From the human T2T-CHM13v2.0 reference genome, Homo sapiens: 64,000 nt of DNA. How positions within the stretch are numbered: the first letter of the stretch is position 1; every line of letters begins with the position of its first letter. Location: NCBI RefSeq assembly GCF_009914755.1, contig NC_060948.1. The stretch is one strand, 5' to 3'. Below are positions 39,687 through 55,225 of this stretch, piece by piece. The notes beneath the pieces are model-generated. The model worked only from the letters and a program-made list of their open reading frames with translations, did no database searches and had not been told where the DNA came from. Both the position numbers and the translations under genes were made by a program.

Positions 39687-42600
39687 GAAATATACCACTT
39701 TGCAAATAAAGGTAGGGCCCTATCTATTCACTATAGCCATTGAAAACCTGTAAGAGCAAAGTAAAATCTTCTTAAATTCTCAGGGCAACAAGATTAATTA
39801 GAACTAAGAAAGATAATTGAGTAGCTTTAGATTTGCATATGCAAGATCTTTTTTAATCTTATAAAAGTGTATTTTACATAACATTAATTATAGAACATAT
39901 ATATTCAGAAATGCATACAATTAAGAAAAAAATCAGACATGATGGAAGGACATAAACATAATGACTGAAGAAAGGCTGAGAGCTAGAGAAACATTTCACA
40001 AGTTGCTAAGTCTTTGAAATTATAATATTTCAATGAGGCAAAACTGAAAAGTTGTTTAAGTGTTCTTTCTTCCTGTCTAAACATGTACTTGGCTTGTACT
40101 TTCACAAAACAAGACATGCTAGAAACCATAAGGCAAAAATACACATAATTTTAGACAGGGCCACTAGACTGAGTCTGAGTCATTAGAGGACATTGGTCTA
40201 CAAAACCAGGTACAACGTACACTCAGTCATTGTCTAAATTGCATTGGAAAATATGCCAAGTTTATGAGTTTCTAATATTAAATCCTTCGAGTAGATATTT
40301 ACTTTTCTTTTCCTTCCTTCAGATAGGAATGGCACCCAAGGAGTTTTGACACAGGTTATCACTCTTTACATAAAATGATGATCTATATCAATAAAGTAAG
40401 AATAAACATTTAAATCTATCCAATCATAATGTATGAACATTGGTTTTCTAGTTCCTAAAGGCAGAAGCTGGAAGATTCATGCCAACTACTGTCCACATTT
40501 CCATGTGTCTATTGTTATTCTATCATATGCACAACTAAAATAAAGACAGTAACTTTCTTTTTCCATTCACATATATATTGTTGTTGTTGTTTCTCTTTAA
40601 TATCTCTAAAAGTACCTATTTGGTTACCACAGCCATATGCCCTTACATACATGAGAACACCTTGGGCATGTAGCATCAAAAGCCACAACAGAAAATGCTC
40701 GTTTTTAAACTAAAGGATTATAAATATCTGGATGATTACCAGGTTGATCTAACTGCATCATCTGGTCAAAATCTCATGATCTAGGCAAAGTGACTGCTGT
40801 TTGAATGCCAATAGTTTTATCTCAAAATGCTAACATTTAGAATACAGTTAAACATTGCTTAATATCTTTTGCTAACTATTTCTTTTGAATTTATTTCTTG
40901 CTTTTTTTTTAGGTTGTTTCTGCAACAATGCTGAAATTAGATGGTGTTAAGAAAAGAACTTAATTGCTACTATAATTTGAAAAGATTTGGAAACATTTGA
41001 TGCTGTATTTTTGAAAGACAATTTTATGACATTGAACTAGACAGTCAAGACACAATTTATTCTTTGTAAACTAATCCTGTAATCTCTGTCCAGTTGGGCT
41101 CAAATGTACACTGATAGGATCTTGTCCAAATCTGTGTCCTGTGAGACTAATTGGTTCAGCAACCACAGTGGCAAGTCTCCATGCAATTCAGCAGTAAAAA
41201 CATCCTACTGGAATGGATCTACATGACTCTACATGCCTCTAAGAGGCAAAACACAGGAAGAGGGAAAGGGATGAATCAAAAATAAAAAAGGGAGATTATA
41301 AGAAACATCATAAGGCCAGATACTTCTCCGTCTTCCTCTTTTTCCCCTCAATTTCCTTGGGCCATATAATATGCTTTTCTTAAGACAAATATAAATAGAT
41401 CAACGATGTCAGAAGAAACAGCCTGAGAAAAGAGATAATTACTGTCCGTTTTTCACTGGTGTCTCCCTTGTAAACTTGCTGGTGTTACACCAGAGCATGG
41501 TGTACCCTCTGCCCTCCCCAAATGAGGTACATGATCAGGAGCATTATTTGATAAATTTGATTTTGGACATATTTACACCATTATGTCAACATTATTATGT
41601 AGAATCACATGAAATTGACAATATTCAGCCATGAAAGTTTTGTATTTCATTCAACACAATATATCTCTTCAAGTTAGTTGAATTAATTCAGAGAAATAAA
41701 TGTCTGTTCTTACAAAAATGAACTAGGGAACTCAGGGCACCATGATTGCTTAGTAACATTACTTAGTCATGCTAAGAAAAGTTTCCTTTTCCCTTGTGGT
41801 ATGCATTGTAAATTTCTTCTATATTTCTTCTCTTTCTGTACATGGAGGATTATAATTATGCCCAAACCTTTGGAAGTAGTAGATGTAACTACTTCACTAT
41901 TCACAATGAAACATGAATGGAAGTGATGCATTTTGCATCTGATTAAATAAAGGTATTTAATCACCTTTACTGGACTCTCTAGCCATCTCCTCACATGATG
42001 CCACATGTTGAGATGATGACATTCTATAAGGGTAGAGCAGGTCTCTCTGCCAACCACATTGGATGCCAGCTTACTCAAGAAATAAACTTTTGTTTTAAGC
42101 CATTGAGATTTTTGAGTGGTTAGGTACTATAATTAACCCAGATTATTCCCACTTAAAAAAGATCTCTGGGGGAAAAATATGATGGCAGGCAATACTCAAT
42201 AATACTTACTATTGATGGTAAAAATAGAATCAACATTTGCCAACTTAAAACTTTGAGAGTGTGAATGGCCTTTCCAAAACTTCTGGCCCCAGGAATTCCC
42301 ACTCACTAGAAATCCTGTTTAGAAACATCTTTTCTGGGGAGGTTGTCAAAACTCCTGACACTGTGAGTTCTAAAGTAGTTAAATCCTTCCCTGCTTAATA
42401 TTTGGTTAGGAAAAATTTCATTAACACAAACCCTGGAAGGGTAGGGTAAAATTCCTCATAGTAGCGCACAGTCTTTGTTTTGTCTGAGCAATATGGAATT
42501 GTAGAAACATCCTAATATCACTAGCAATTAATAATAAATGCACTCAGAAGTGACAATCCAAAGTCAATATATGGAAATGTCATCTTTTTGGAGTGAAGCT

Positions 42601-42745
42601 ATTTTGACAGGCTAAATTCCAATAATATTAAACACAGCTGTGACTTTAGCATATGTGGTGATGACTCAGTTAGGTAAACTTAGGATCATGACCACAGGGA
42701 AAAATTAAAAGACAGACATGACAGAAAGAGGAAAGAGTTGATTTC

Positions 42746-42748
<3 letters not shown>

Positions 42749-42780
<32 letters not shown>

Positions 42781-42804
42781 AGAAGAAGAAGAAGAAGAAG
42801 AAAA
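42749..42804 (+). repeat. A30(GAA)8 tract
   Basis: directly counted. Confidence 0.95.
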
Positions 42805-43717
42805 TGTGAATTTATTCAGAGCATTTATTCTAATAATTTTTGTTTTTTATTTGTCCCCAAGAGACAAAAAATCTTTTCAACCATTATATTTTTAGGTACA
42901 ATTGTAAACATGGCCTAATCCTCTTTTCAATTTTAAGAAACCCAGTAGACCAAATCTCTGACAACAAACACAATAGCAATAAGTACATGCTGCACAGTTT
43001 GGGGTAACATAAAGTGTTTTTGCACAAGACATCCAGAAATGAACATCACTTTGCTCCTATTTCTGGCTGCTCTTTTTAAGCAAGCTGTAGATTTCACAAT
43101 CGACTTTTGTTCAAGTCTTTGCTTCATGATAATAAAGCTTATTGAAAGCATTTGTTTTGCAGCTCTGTGTTGTCCCAGTCTGATCTGAAATTAAAATAAT
43201 TGTTATTAAAATTGAACAAAAGAAAAGAAATGTCATGAGATGAATTACAATTGTTTAGTATGGACAATTAACCTGATTTTCATTTTCAAAAAATGTGATT
43301 TTGCCCAAAGAAAACTATTTGCTTCTTGGAAAAGAAATAATAGTTGGAAATGCTTGAGTTATTCATGTCACATTTAGACAGAAAAGTTTCGATCATTTAA
43401 AGTGTTTGTTATGGTGTTTTATATATATATATGTTAAAATTTTTATTATGATGCAGGCAGAACTTGTCTTCTCTATCATTCCCCTTCATTTGGCTCTCCA
43501 GTGTCTGTGCCTTAAGTTCTGCCCCTAAATAGTTCAGGGGTTCCTAAAAGCCATGTTTTCATTCCCTGAAATCTTCCTTTTTCTTAATTCACAGGTCCAT
43601 TTAGGGGCTTGTCTCTACCAGGATAGAGATTAGAAATTGCTACTCTATCAAACACTCTGTTGATATTAGGATACTATGGCTTCTCCCCAGTATAGTTTCC
43701 CCAAAGTCAGATTTTGA

Positions 43718-44018
<301 letters not shown>

Positions 44019-44676
44019 TTAGAGTTTTCAGATTTAATACAAATTCTACCTTGTCACAAGGAACTCTAGGAGAGCAATATCTCTGGAGAGTGATATTCAA
44101 CCAGTCTTCTTCCCTGGCCTTGAAAGGGGACTTTTGTGAGCAGGGGAGCAGTGAAAAAATATTTATGAAAGGTGTTTTCCTTGGCTTAAAGGAATTTCTC
44201 TGGAGGCCTAGGCCCTGCTCTGTTTCACCGTGAAGGTAGAGACTGGAACCAGGAGATAAAAAATTAGAGAAGGACTTCGGTACAAGGGCCATGGAAAATA
44301 GCATATTCTTTGGAATGTTGCTTTTTGCTTTCCAGCCAGTGTGTGTAGGTACTACATGAGGTCAGTCTAGGAGGCAGAGCCCTGACACCTTGCAATAGAT
44401 ATGCAAAACGCCTGCACCTTTAGTGCCCTGAAGCCCTCTTATGTTGCATGCATGTCACATGCTCATGCTTACAAGTAATTATTAAGTGCTTTTACTTAGC
44501 CAATATGGGCACATCGTATAACTCCAACTCACTTCAAAGGAAAGTTTATTACAATCACCTATCTCCTCCATCTTGCTTTGTTTACTTAAAATGTCATGTG
44601 TTTGTTGGTCAGCTTCACAAGACAAGCTCTCTTTCTGATGTCCTAAGTCAGCTCTCTAAATGTCTCATGCTCCCTC

Positions 44677-45182
44677 TTTCATGCGCGTTTGTGTAAAAAG
44701 ACCACCAAACAGGCTTTGTGTGAGCAATAAAGCTTTTAATCACCTGAGTGAAGGCGGGCTGAGTTCAAAAAGAGAGTCAGTGAAGGGAGATGGGGTGGGG
44801 CCATTTTATAAGATTTGGGTAGGTAAAGGAAAATTACAGTCAAAGGGAGTTTGTTCTCTGGCAGGCAGGAGTGGGGATCACAAGGTGCTCAGTGGGGGAG
44901 ATTTGTGAGCCAGGATGAGCCAGGAAAAGGACTTTCACAAGGTAATGTCATCACTTAAGGCAAGGATCAGACATTTTCATTTCTTTTGTGGTGGAATATC
45001 ATCAGTTAAGGCAAGGACCAGACCGGCCATTTACACTTCTTTTGTGGTGCAATGTCATCAGTTAAGGCGAGGCAGGGCATATTCACTTCTTTTGTGATTC
45101 TTCAGTTACTTCAAGCCATCTGGACATATATGTGCAAGTCACAGGGGATATGATGGCTTGGCTTGGGCTTAGAGGCCTGACA
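44677..45182 (-). mobile_element. LTR7 (HERV-H) solo LTR
   Basis: minus strand TGTCAGGCCTCTAAGCCCAAGCCAAGCC...CGCGCATGAAA; 5-bp TSD CCCTC/CCCCC. Confidence 0.95.
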
Positions 45183-46105
45183 CCCCCCTCCTCCTTGGTT
45201 TCTGTAAAGGAGAATGCTGCTGCTTTTTATAGAAGTAATTTCCCTGAGCATCTGATAAAAGTCAAATGCTAACATGATTCTATAAAACTGCATAGTAACA
45301 AAATTATTATCACCTAGTCATTTTTCTTTTCTTCCAGATATACATTAATCAGTACATTAGCAGTTGCAATTTAATAAAGACAAAATATAAAGTCTATTTG
45401 AGATCATAGACTTTGAGGTCAAGTGTATTTTGATACCAATGAATATGCTTGAAATCTGAAGTGACTTAACTTGCAGCTTGTTTCAAGAGCTCTTGTATCA
45501 TTATCAAATCGTAACCCAGAAATCTGTCTTTAACCGCACCCACCATCCTCACTAAAGTGACTGAGGTGTGTGTCTACATGGAATAATACCAATATGACTT
45601 CATTTTGAGGGAAATGGCTGACCCACCTTGTCTTATCCATGGTGGATTAGTAGTCCCTCAATAGGAAGGAGAGAACAAAATCAGCCTGGTTACACAGGAC
45701 CATGAAATACACATTTATAATTATGCAAATTCATCTATTGTTGACAGAAATTGCAACATTGATTTGTTGCTGTTTGACTTTGCATTTGAATACTTGCAAA
45801 CAAATTCCTTTCTTATTATACCTACTTTTTTCCTGCACTTCCTCCTAAATCTTTCAAACTAATTGCTTTGCATATCCTATAATCTGAGATCAGAGAGTAA
45901 CTCAAGTACAAATTGCCCCACTTCTCAGGAAAAGTGCACTGCTCTATAGTTGAAGCCATTTCAATTCTTTTGCAAACATATTCTGAATAATTTTTAGTCT
46001 AGTTTTATTTATTGCTGGGACCAGCTCCTCTCTTTAAGTGCCTCCCTGTGAACACAGCTTGACAAGGGTTAATTTGCAAGAACAAAATGTACACAGACCT
46101 GCAGA

Positions 46106-46140
46106 GTGTGTGTGTGTGTGTGTGTGTTTGTGTGTGTGTG
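46106..46140 (+). repeat. (GT)n microsatellite, one interruption
   Basis: directly visible. Confidence 0.95.
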
Positions 46141-46278
46141 GTGGAGAGGAACATTGGCTACTCTCCTTAATGAGAATGGAAGCTAAGCTTTAAATAAAGT
46201 TTTATGGGTCCTTAGAATTGGACAAATGCATCCATAGGGAGTGAAAGGGACTGAACAAGTGACAGAGCCTTTCCTGTG

Positions 46279-46886
46279 TGTTATGGGCTGAATTGTGTCA
46301 CCCCCCAGCCCTCACCACTGACCAATATTTAAATGTTGGAGACCTATCCCTCACGGCCCCATATTGTGACTTTATTTGGAGATATGGCCTTTAAATAGAT
46401 AATTAAATTAAAATGATGTCATTAGGGTGGACCCTGAATCAATAGGACTGGTGTTTTTATTAAAAAAAGGAGATGAGGACACAGACACACACAGAGGGAT
46501 GACCCTGTGAGGTCACAGGGGGAGATGGCTTCTACAAGTGAAGAGGAGAGGACTCAGGGGGAACCAATCATGCTCACACTTCCAGGATGATGAGAGAATA
46601 TATGTCTGTGGTTTATAAGCCACCAGTCTATGGTATTCTGTTTCAGTCACATGAAATGAACTAAGACATCTCACAAGAAGAGATGAGGACACAGCCACAC
46701 ACAGAGGATGACCCTGTGAGGACAGAGGGAAAAGATGCCATCTCCAACCCATGAGAGAGGCCTCAGGGCAAACCAGCCCTGCCCACACATTGGTGTCTGA
46801 CTTCTAGCCTCCAGGACTGTGAGAGAATACATTTAAGCTGTCCAGTCTGCTGTCCTTTGTTATAATAACAAGAACAAACTAATATA
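46279..46886 (+). mobile_element. MLT1B-like LTR with tandemly duplicated 3' half
   Basis: TGTTATGGGCTGAATTGTGT start; unit AGATGAGGACACAG.CACACACAGAGG..GACCCTGTGAGG at 46471 and 46681. Confidence 0.88.
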
Positions 46887-47044
46887 CTATAAAAGGACAC
46901 TGTGTTGGGGTGCAAGTTGCCAAGGGAGGAGAGTGTGTTTAGGTGTAGCTGTCTTTCAAGGACAGATCAAGAGACCTAACTCATACCTGCCTTTGATGAT
47001 GCAAAGATGTGGATTTTTGGTAATTACAAAATGATACCCTCAGG

Positions 47045-47646
47045 TGTGGCAGTAAATAGTATTATGGTTGACCAGAGATTTGCATGCCCCAGTCTCCAGA
47101 ACCTGTGCAGTTGTTACATCCCACAGCCAAAGGGACTTTGCAGATGTGATTAAATTTGCAGACTTTAAAATAGTGAGATTATCCTGGTTTATCAGAATGG
47201 GCCCAGTTTAACCACTCAATCTTTTTAACATCTAAGAAGAGTTCATTTGAGAGATGTCATGGAAGAAGAAAAGCAAGGAACATGTGCGTCATTGCTGGTT
47301 CTGAGATATAGCCGGCTACATGCATGCATGGTCTTAGAGATGACTCTAGGAGCAGAAGGCAGTCACCACTGACAGCCAGAAAGACAAACAGGGACCTTAG
47401 TCCTACTGCAATGAACCAGATTGTGTCAACAACCTTAATGAGCCTGGAAATGGATTTTTCACAGAGTCCCCACATAAGAACCCAGCCCAGCTGACACCTT
47501 GATTTTACCATGGTTAGACTCTAAGTAGACAACTTCATGGAGCCACCAGGAATTCTGACTTACAGATTGGAGAACAAATAAATGGGTATTGTTTTAAGCT
47601 GCAGAATCTGTGGATATTAGCTACAGCAGCAATAGGAAACTAATAT
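47045..47646 (+). mobile_element. MLT1E-like LTR
   Basis: AAGGGACTTTGCAGATGTGATTAA, AGAACCCAGCCCAGCTGACACCTTGATTT, CAGCAATAGGAAACTAATA. Confidence 0.85.
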
Positions 47647-47704
47647 TGGTGTATTTTACAAATATTTTTGGTCTGTACTGATAACCTCAAGTGATTTTTA
47701 CCCT

Positions 47705-47845
47705 GACTGTATGAAGTATGGTCTGTGGACCAGCAGCCTAGACATCACTTGGGAGCTGTTTATAAATGCAGAAGCTCACCCCACCCTAGACCTCTTGCAT
47801 CAGAATCTGCGTTTGGGTAAGATGCCCAGGTAACTTTTGAGCACA
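47705..47845. mobile_element. MER5A-like MITE
   Basis: TGGTCTGTGGACCAGCAGC...CATCACTTGGGAGCT...AAATGCAGA...ATCAGAATCTGC. Confidence 0.75.
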
Positions 47846-47944
47846 CCCAACAACTACCTCTATTCATTCAGAGATCTAAGCAGGATGAGGTACTATGTTT
47901 TTTGTTTAGCAACATCATGAGAGGTTAGCAAAATTACTTAAATA

Positions 47945-48865
47945 AAATAAAGAAAATACACAATGGCCAAATATGTGAAAGAATGTTGAACACAACTAAT
48001 CTTCAGGGAAATGCAAATCGTAGCCACAATGAGGTACCATCTTACTCCAGTTAGGATGGCTATTCTCAAGAGGACAAAAATCAACAATGGTGGTGAGGAT
48101 GTGCAGAAAAGGAACACTTAAATACTGTTAGAGGGAATGTAAATTAGTATCGCCACTATGGAAAGCTGAATGGAGGTTTCTTAAATAACTACAAACAGAA
48201 CTATTATATGATAGTTGTGTGGCAGTCCCACCACTGGGCATTTGTCCAAAGGGAAGGAAAGGAAATCAGTTTATGGAAGAGACATCTGCACCCCTGTGTT
48301 TATTAGCTGTTCATAATAGCCAACAGTAGATGAAGAAATAAAGAAATTCACTATATGCACACAACAGAGTACTATACAGCTATAAAAACAATTAAATCTT
48401 GTCATGAGCACCTCTGTGGGTGGAACTGGCACACATTATGTTAAGGGAAATAACTCTGAAACAGAATGTTAAATAACTTATGTTCTCACTCATATGTGAA
48501 AGCTGAAAATGATGCTGATCTAATAGACTTAAAAAGTATAACAGAGGATACTAGATGCTGGGAAGGGAAGGGAAAAGGAAGGGATAGGTAGAGATTTGTT
48601 CAACGATACAAAATTACAGCTAGATAAGAGGAATAGTTCTAGTGTTCTCTACCTGTATAGGACGACTGTAGTTAACAATAATATATTACACTGTTTCAAG
48701 TAGCTGGAAGGAGGATACTAAATATTCCCAACACAAAGAAATGATTAATATTTGAAATAATGGATGTGCTAATAACCCTGATATGATCACTATACATTAC
48801 ATGTATCAAAACATTACTATGTACCCATTAGTATATACTATTATTATGTATCAATTAAAATATAA
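47945..48865 (+). mobile_element. L1MA 3' portion
   Basis: ORF2 end (GAAATGCAAATC..CCACAATGAG.TACCA) plus L1MA 3'UTR (TACAAAATTACAGCTAGATA). Confidence 0.88.
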
Positions 48866-48947
48866 AGACTTTTTTGGATAAATCTCTTAAATCTCTTAGC
48901 TCTACCACATAATATATCATTTTTCATTATCTTTATGCATTTGAAGC

Positions 48948-49252
48948 TTTTTATGTTTTATTTATTTATTTTAAATAGCGTCTTAGTCTGTCGCCCAGGC
49001 TGGAGTGCATTGGCATGATCTCGGCTTACTGCAACCTCTGCCTCCCAGGTTCAAGTGTTCTCCTTCCTCAGCCTCCCTAGTAGTTGAGGTTACAGGCATG
49101 CACCACCATACCTGGCTAATTTTTGTATTTTTAGTAGAGAAGGGGTTTCACCATGTTGGTCAGGCTAGTCTAAAACTCTTGACCTCAAGAAATCACCCAC
49201 CTCGGCCTTCCAAAATGCTGGTTTTACAGGGCTGAGCCACCTCACACAACCT
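48948..49252 (-). mobile_element. AluS
   Basis: full dimer; degenerate TSD TGAAGCTTTT/TGAATCTTTT. Confidence 0.92.
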
Positions 49253-50499
49253 GAATCTTTTCAAATGAATGTTATTTTCATAACCTGTTTTGTTGATGGC
49301 AAAGATTCTGTTAATGTGATATTGACAGGGAATTTCCTGGGAGTCAAAGTTACTTTAACAGGTATCTTGGCATTTTCCATTCCAAACTCTTTTCTCCATT
49401 AATGCTAATCCAGGCTGGGCAGGCAGCCACTGTTCTGGAGAAGTTAGACCAAGATCAGAAGCTAGGGAGTGTTCAACATTCATAAAACTGCCTTAAAATC
49501 CTGTTTTTCATCCTGTAAGCCTCAACTCTTCTTGAATTCCGTAACCCTATCCCTTCCATCAGCTGCTAGTGTCTATGATCCTCTGAATCCAGCCATGCCT
49601 TCCTCTCTTACTTTGCCAATGCTTTAAGCCTTGACTGGTACAATTCCCCTTGACAACTGCTCCAGGGAATTAGTGGACCTGTTAATAAACAATGTTCCAC
49701 TTCTCTAATCCGGGTCCTCTCAGCCTCATAAAACTGTTTATGATGTATTCTAACTCAGATCCTTGGTTTTACCAGGAGCAATATTCTCAGCTCTATTTTT
49801 ATCGTATGCAAGGTAAATATCAGCATGACTAAAAAAATTATTTTTGTTTTCATTCACTGGCACGCTAAGTAGGCAGTTTACTTATCAACCAATTTTTGAA
49901 GCACCTTGATTGTAAAAGATTAAGCAGAAATGCTGCCTGGTCTGGCTTCTCAAGAGATATGTTATCTAGAGTCAAACTCAGATAGATATCTGAAAAAAAG
50001 CAAATTGAACGTAGCTCAAAGAATAAGTCTGATGACTAATCTAGATGGATTTGGGAATCACTGACTAAACAAAACTTCCTCTAATAGCTTAAGAATATTC
50101 ATTTGATATGAAATTATCATATATGAAATTATCATGTATATATCATATCTCACTAAATGAAATTATCATTTAGTGTAAACTGCTTGCTGATTTTTTTATG
50201 GTGAACCTATTGAGTGTTGCTTAAATCTTCACATCTAAAAATATCCACCAGTAGTAATTAAACTGCTGTTATGATAAAGACAACCATGCTGTGGTACAGT
50301 TCATGTTCTGTGTATGATGATTTAACTACATGAACAGGTACACAGGATGTAGCTTGTTGAAAGCTACAATGGATGCATTTAATAAAGTCTATTACTGAAA
50401 TGTGTGCTTTTCACTGGTCATGGGTAGAATGCACAGTCATTTGGGAAATATAAATCATACAAAAATCAAAAATAAAAATATGCATAATTTGTATTCATT

Positions 50500-51010
50500 A
50501 ATATATACCATTAAAGAAGTGATGCAGCCAATTAGAGAGTTGAAAATAGTTTCACATATCTGATGACTGACTGAATATATAAAGAACTTCTATAAGTCAA
50601 TATCAAAAAGATGTAGAAAAGCAAATAGAAAGGTGAGAAGGAATCAGATCTTTCAAAAGTGACTATTTAGAAAACCAATGAACATATTCAAAGCATCTCA
50701 AACTTACCAGCCATCAGGGATATGCAAATTGAAACCACTGTGTGATACCACTACACAACCTTCAGAATTTGCTAAAATCAAAAAGATAAACATCAAATAT
50801 TAGTGAAGACATGGAATTAATAGAAATTTCATACTTGATGGGTGAAAGTATAAATTGGTCATTTTAGAAAACTGTTGGGCAGTATTTAAATATTGCAGAA
50901 TGTATTCATGTTTTATGGGCCAACATTTCCAATCCTAAAAATCTGTACATTTGTTCACCATCAGAATGGAAATCACTGTTTTCGGCAGCACTATTTATAA
51001 TCATGTCAAA
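50500..51010 (+). mobile_element. old L1M (ME-like) ORF2 3' fragment
   Basis: CATCAGGGATATGCAAATTGAAACCAC..GATACCACTACAC, GCAGCACTATTTATAAT. Confidence 0.7.
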
Positions 51011-51583
51011 TAGGACTCATGCCCTAACCACCATAAGATTTGAACCATCTCTTTCAGCCATAGACTAAGAAAACATTGAAGAAGTCTTGAATTTAAAAAA
51101 GTTTTTTGGAGTAGATAATGAAGCATGAGTTAAATTTCATCCTTGATTTGGTCTGAGTTTGCTTCTGCTCAAGCTAGCATGGTGCACATTTCTTTATGTT
51201 AACATGCCTCCAAGCACCCTGCATTTACCTGTGTTTCTGGTCATTTATTGGTGTATTTCCTGGTACTCACCCAGTGCCCAGCACAGAATACATGCCTGTG
51301 GAACTTCGTATGTAGTTATCAGCCAGCAAGAAACAAATAAATACATAAAATGATTTCTCAGACAGTAGAAGCATTTCCTGGTATTATTTTTTCCTTTGGA
51401 GTTTATTCAAAGCATTGTCTCAAAATGTTTAAAGGAGATTTTATTACGAGAGAGTATCTGTTATGTGATGTCTCTAACACTTATGTCAGCTAACTGGATT
51501 TCGTTACTGAGAAAAGATGAATGGATTTTGAGAATAAGCCTTGACGTTCTCTCATATCCTATTAAAAGACATTGCTAACTTGT

Positions 51584-51881
51584 GGCTAGGCATGGTGTCT
51601 CATGCCTGTAATCCTAGCACTTTGGGAGGTTGAGGTGGGCAGATCACTTGAGGTCATAAGTATGAGACCAGCCTGGCCAAGATGATGAAATTCTGTCTCT
51701 AGTAAAATTACAAAAATTATCTGGGTGTGGTGGCACACACCTGTAATCCCAGATACTCAGAAGGCTGAGGCCTGAGAATCACTTGAACCCAGGAGACAGA
51801 GGTTGCAGTGATCCAAGATTGCACGACTGCACTCAGCCTGGGTGACACAGCAGGACTCTGTCTCAAAAAAGAAGAAAAAAA
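51584..51881 (+). mobile_element. AluSx-like
   Basis: full dimer; TSD TTGCTAACTTGT at 51572-51583 and 51886-51897. Confidence 0.94.
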
Positions 51882-52604
51882 GAGGTTGCTAACTTGTGGT
51901 AAGTCACTCCCCAATAGGGAACTCCTTGTCTGTTATCTCAGACCTCTGCTTACTTCTAAGAGGACAAGGGGAGGACTCTTATCTCTGAAAACTTTTGGTA
52001 TGCCACACAGTTTGGTAAGTAAGCCAGCCCTCTGAAGAGTGGAGATTATATTGATTATTGTTTATTTAATAGTAATGCTGTAATATTAATTAAAAAATCC
52101 TTGTGCTGTGTCCTCTGGAGATGTGTAATTCCTATCCCTGGCATAAAATTGTCATTTTAAAAGATAATCTTGGCATGAAATCTTTGAGTTTTATTGAAGG
52201 GTATTATCACAAAGATAGGGAATGATAATATACTCTTTGTAACTGACTGAGCCCTTGTACTTGAACTTTAAGTCTCTTCACCCATCCTCTTCTGTGATAT
52301 GATAGGTAGAGTCCATTGTCTTTCATCCTTGAAAATGCATTTCAAGAGGTTACATGAAAGGGAAAACTCTTTGTTATTCTCTTTTTCTAATCTGAATAGA
52401 AAGCACACAGAAGTAACTTTCTGGAAATTTTGAAGTTAGGCAAGTGTGTGTTCAACAATATCAAATTATTATAATTCTGGGATATTTACCATGAGGTTAA
52501 TAATGCTATGATTGTTGATGAGGTTCATAGATGGCAAATATTAAATAATTTTATTTTTAGTCTTAATATTTGAAAGTTAGCTAACCTTCTTATCAAGAAT
52601 TCTG

Positions 52605-54287
<1,683 letters not shown>

Positions 54288-55004
54288 AGAAGACACTCAT
54301 TTTAGAAAATTAAAAAAATGAATTCTGAAAATAATTTGCATAGACTGTGTTACAGAGCAGCAAGTTAACTGCTACTTCTCTTTTGAAAATTTCTCTTGCA
54401 CATATTTCTTTCTATGAATGTGCTATAAGTTTCTTTTCATAGAAACAGCATAAGACTTTAGTTACTTAAAATGACCTTGCAAGGAAAAAGAGGCAGCAGA
54501 ATAGTGACCTGCTTACAATGATAGTCTCCACACCTTAAATGACATGGATGAATATTTATTCCCAAAAGTAGAATTCCATGAAACCCTTAACCCTCTGACA
54601 CCTATACTCATGAAAAGATCCCATGCCAACAATAATCCAGAAGACAATGGTGACTTTGATTTTATTGCGATTTTATTTTTAACTTTACCTGAATGATCAA
54701 CTTCTCAGCCACAATCCACTTATAGTGAGATCAAATTAGTTTTTAATGACTAACAACACACCTAACTGGGTGGAAGTGGAGCAAAACAAAGAGTCAGCTC
54801 ATTGGCTGTGATCCAGAAATCCACTTAAAACATTCATGGTCTCAGAGTCCCATCATTTGTCTTGAGAAAATGAAATGGCTTAGTTATTTTCACTAAATAA
54901 ATAGTGCCTGGTGTAGACTTAGACCTTATGACTGTCTGACAAATATTTAATGGTTCTTCTAAGGGAATTACAGATAAAAAAATGAAAATTAATCTGTATT
55001 TATC

Positions 55005-55225
55005 CATTCTATTATCTATCTACCTATCAACTATACATCCTATCATCTATTATCTAGCTACCTATCCATCCTATCATCTCTCTTTCTATCCTATCTATAA
55101 TCTATCTATTCATCTATCATTTCTCTTTCTATCCATCCTATCATCTATTTATCTATTGTATATTATCTATCTAGCTATCTATCATTATTATCATCATAAT
55201 CTGTTTATCTGCCTATTTTCTATAT
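55005..55225 (+). repeat. degenerate (TATC)n low-complexity tract
   Basis: directly visible. Confidence 0.85.

Noticed and set aside
39831-39844. ATTTGCATATGCAA octamer/MORE-like palindrome
   Set aside because: Isolated motif, expected by chance in 64 kb of AT-rich DNA
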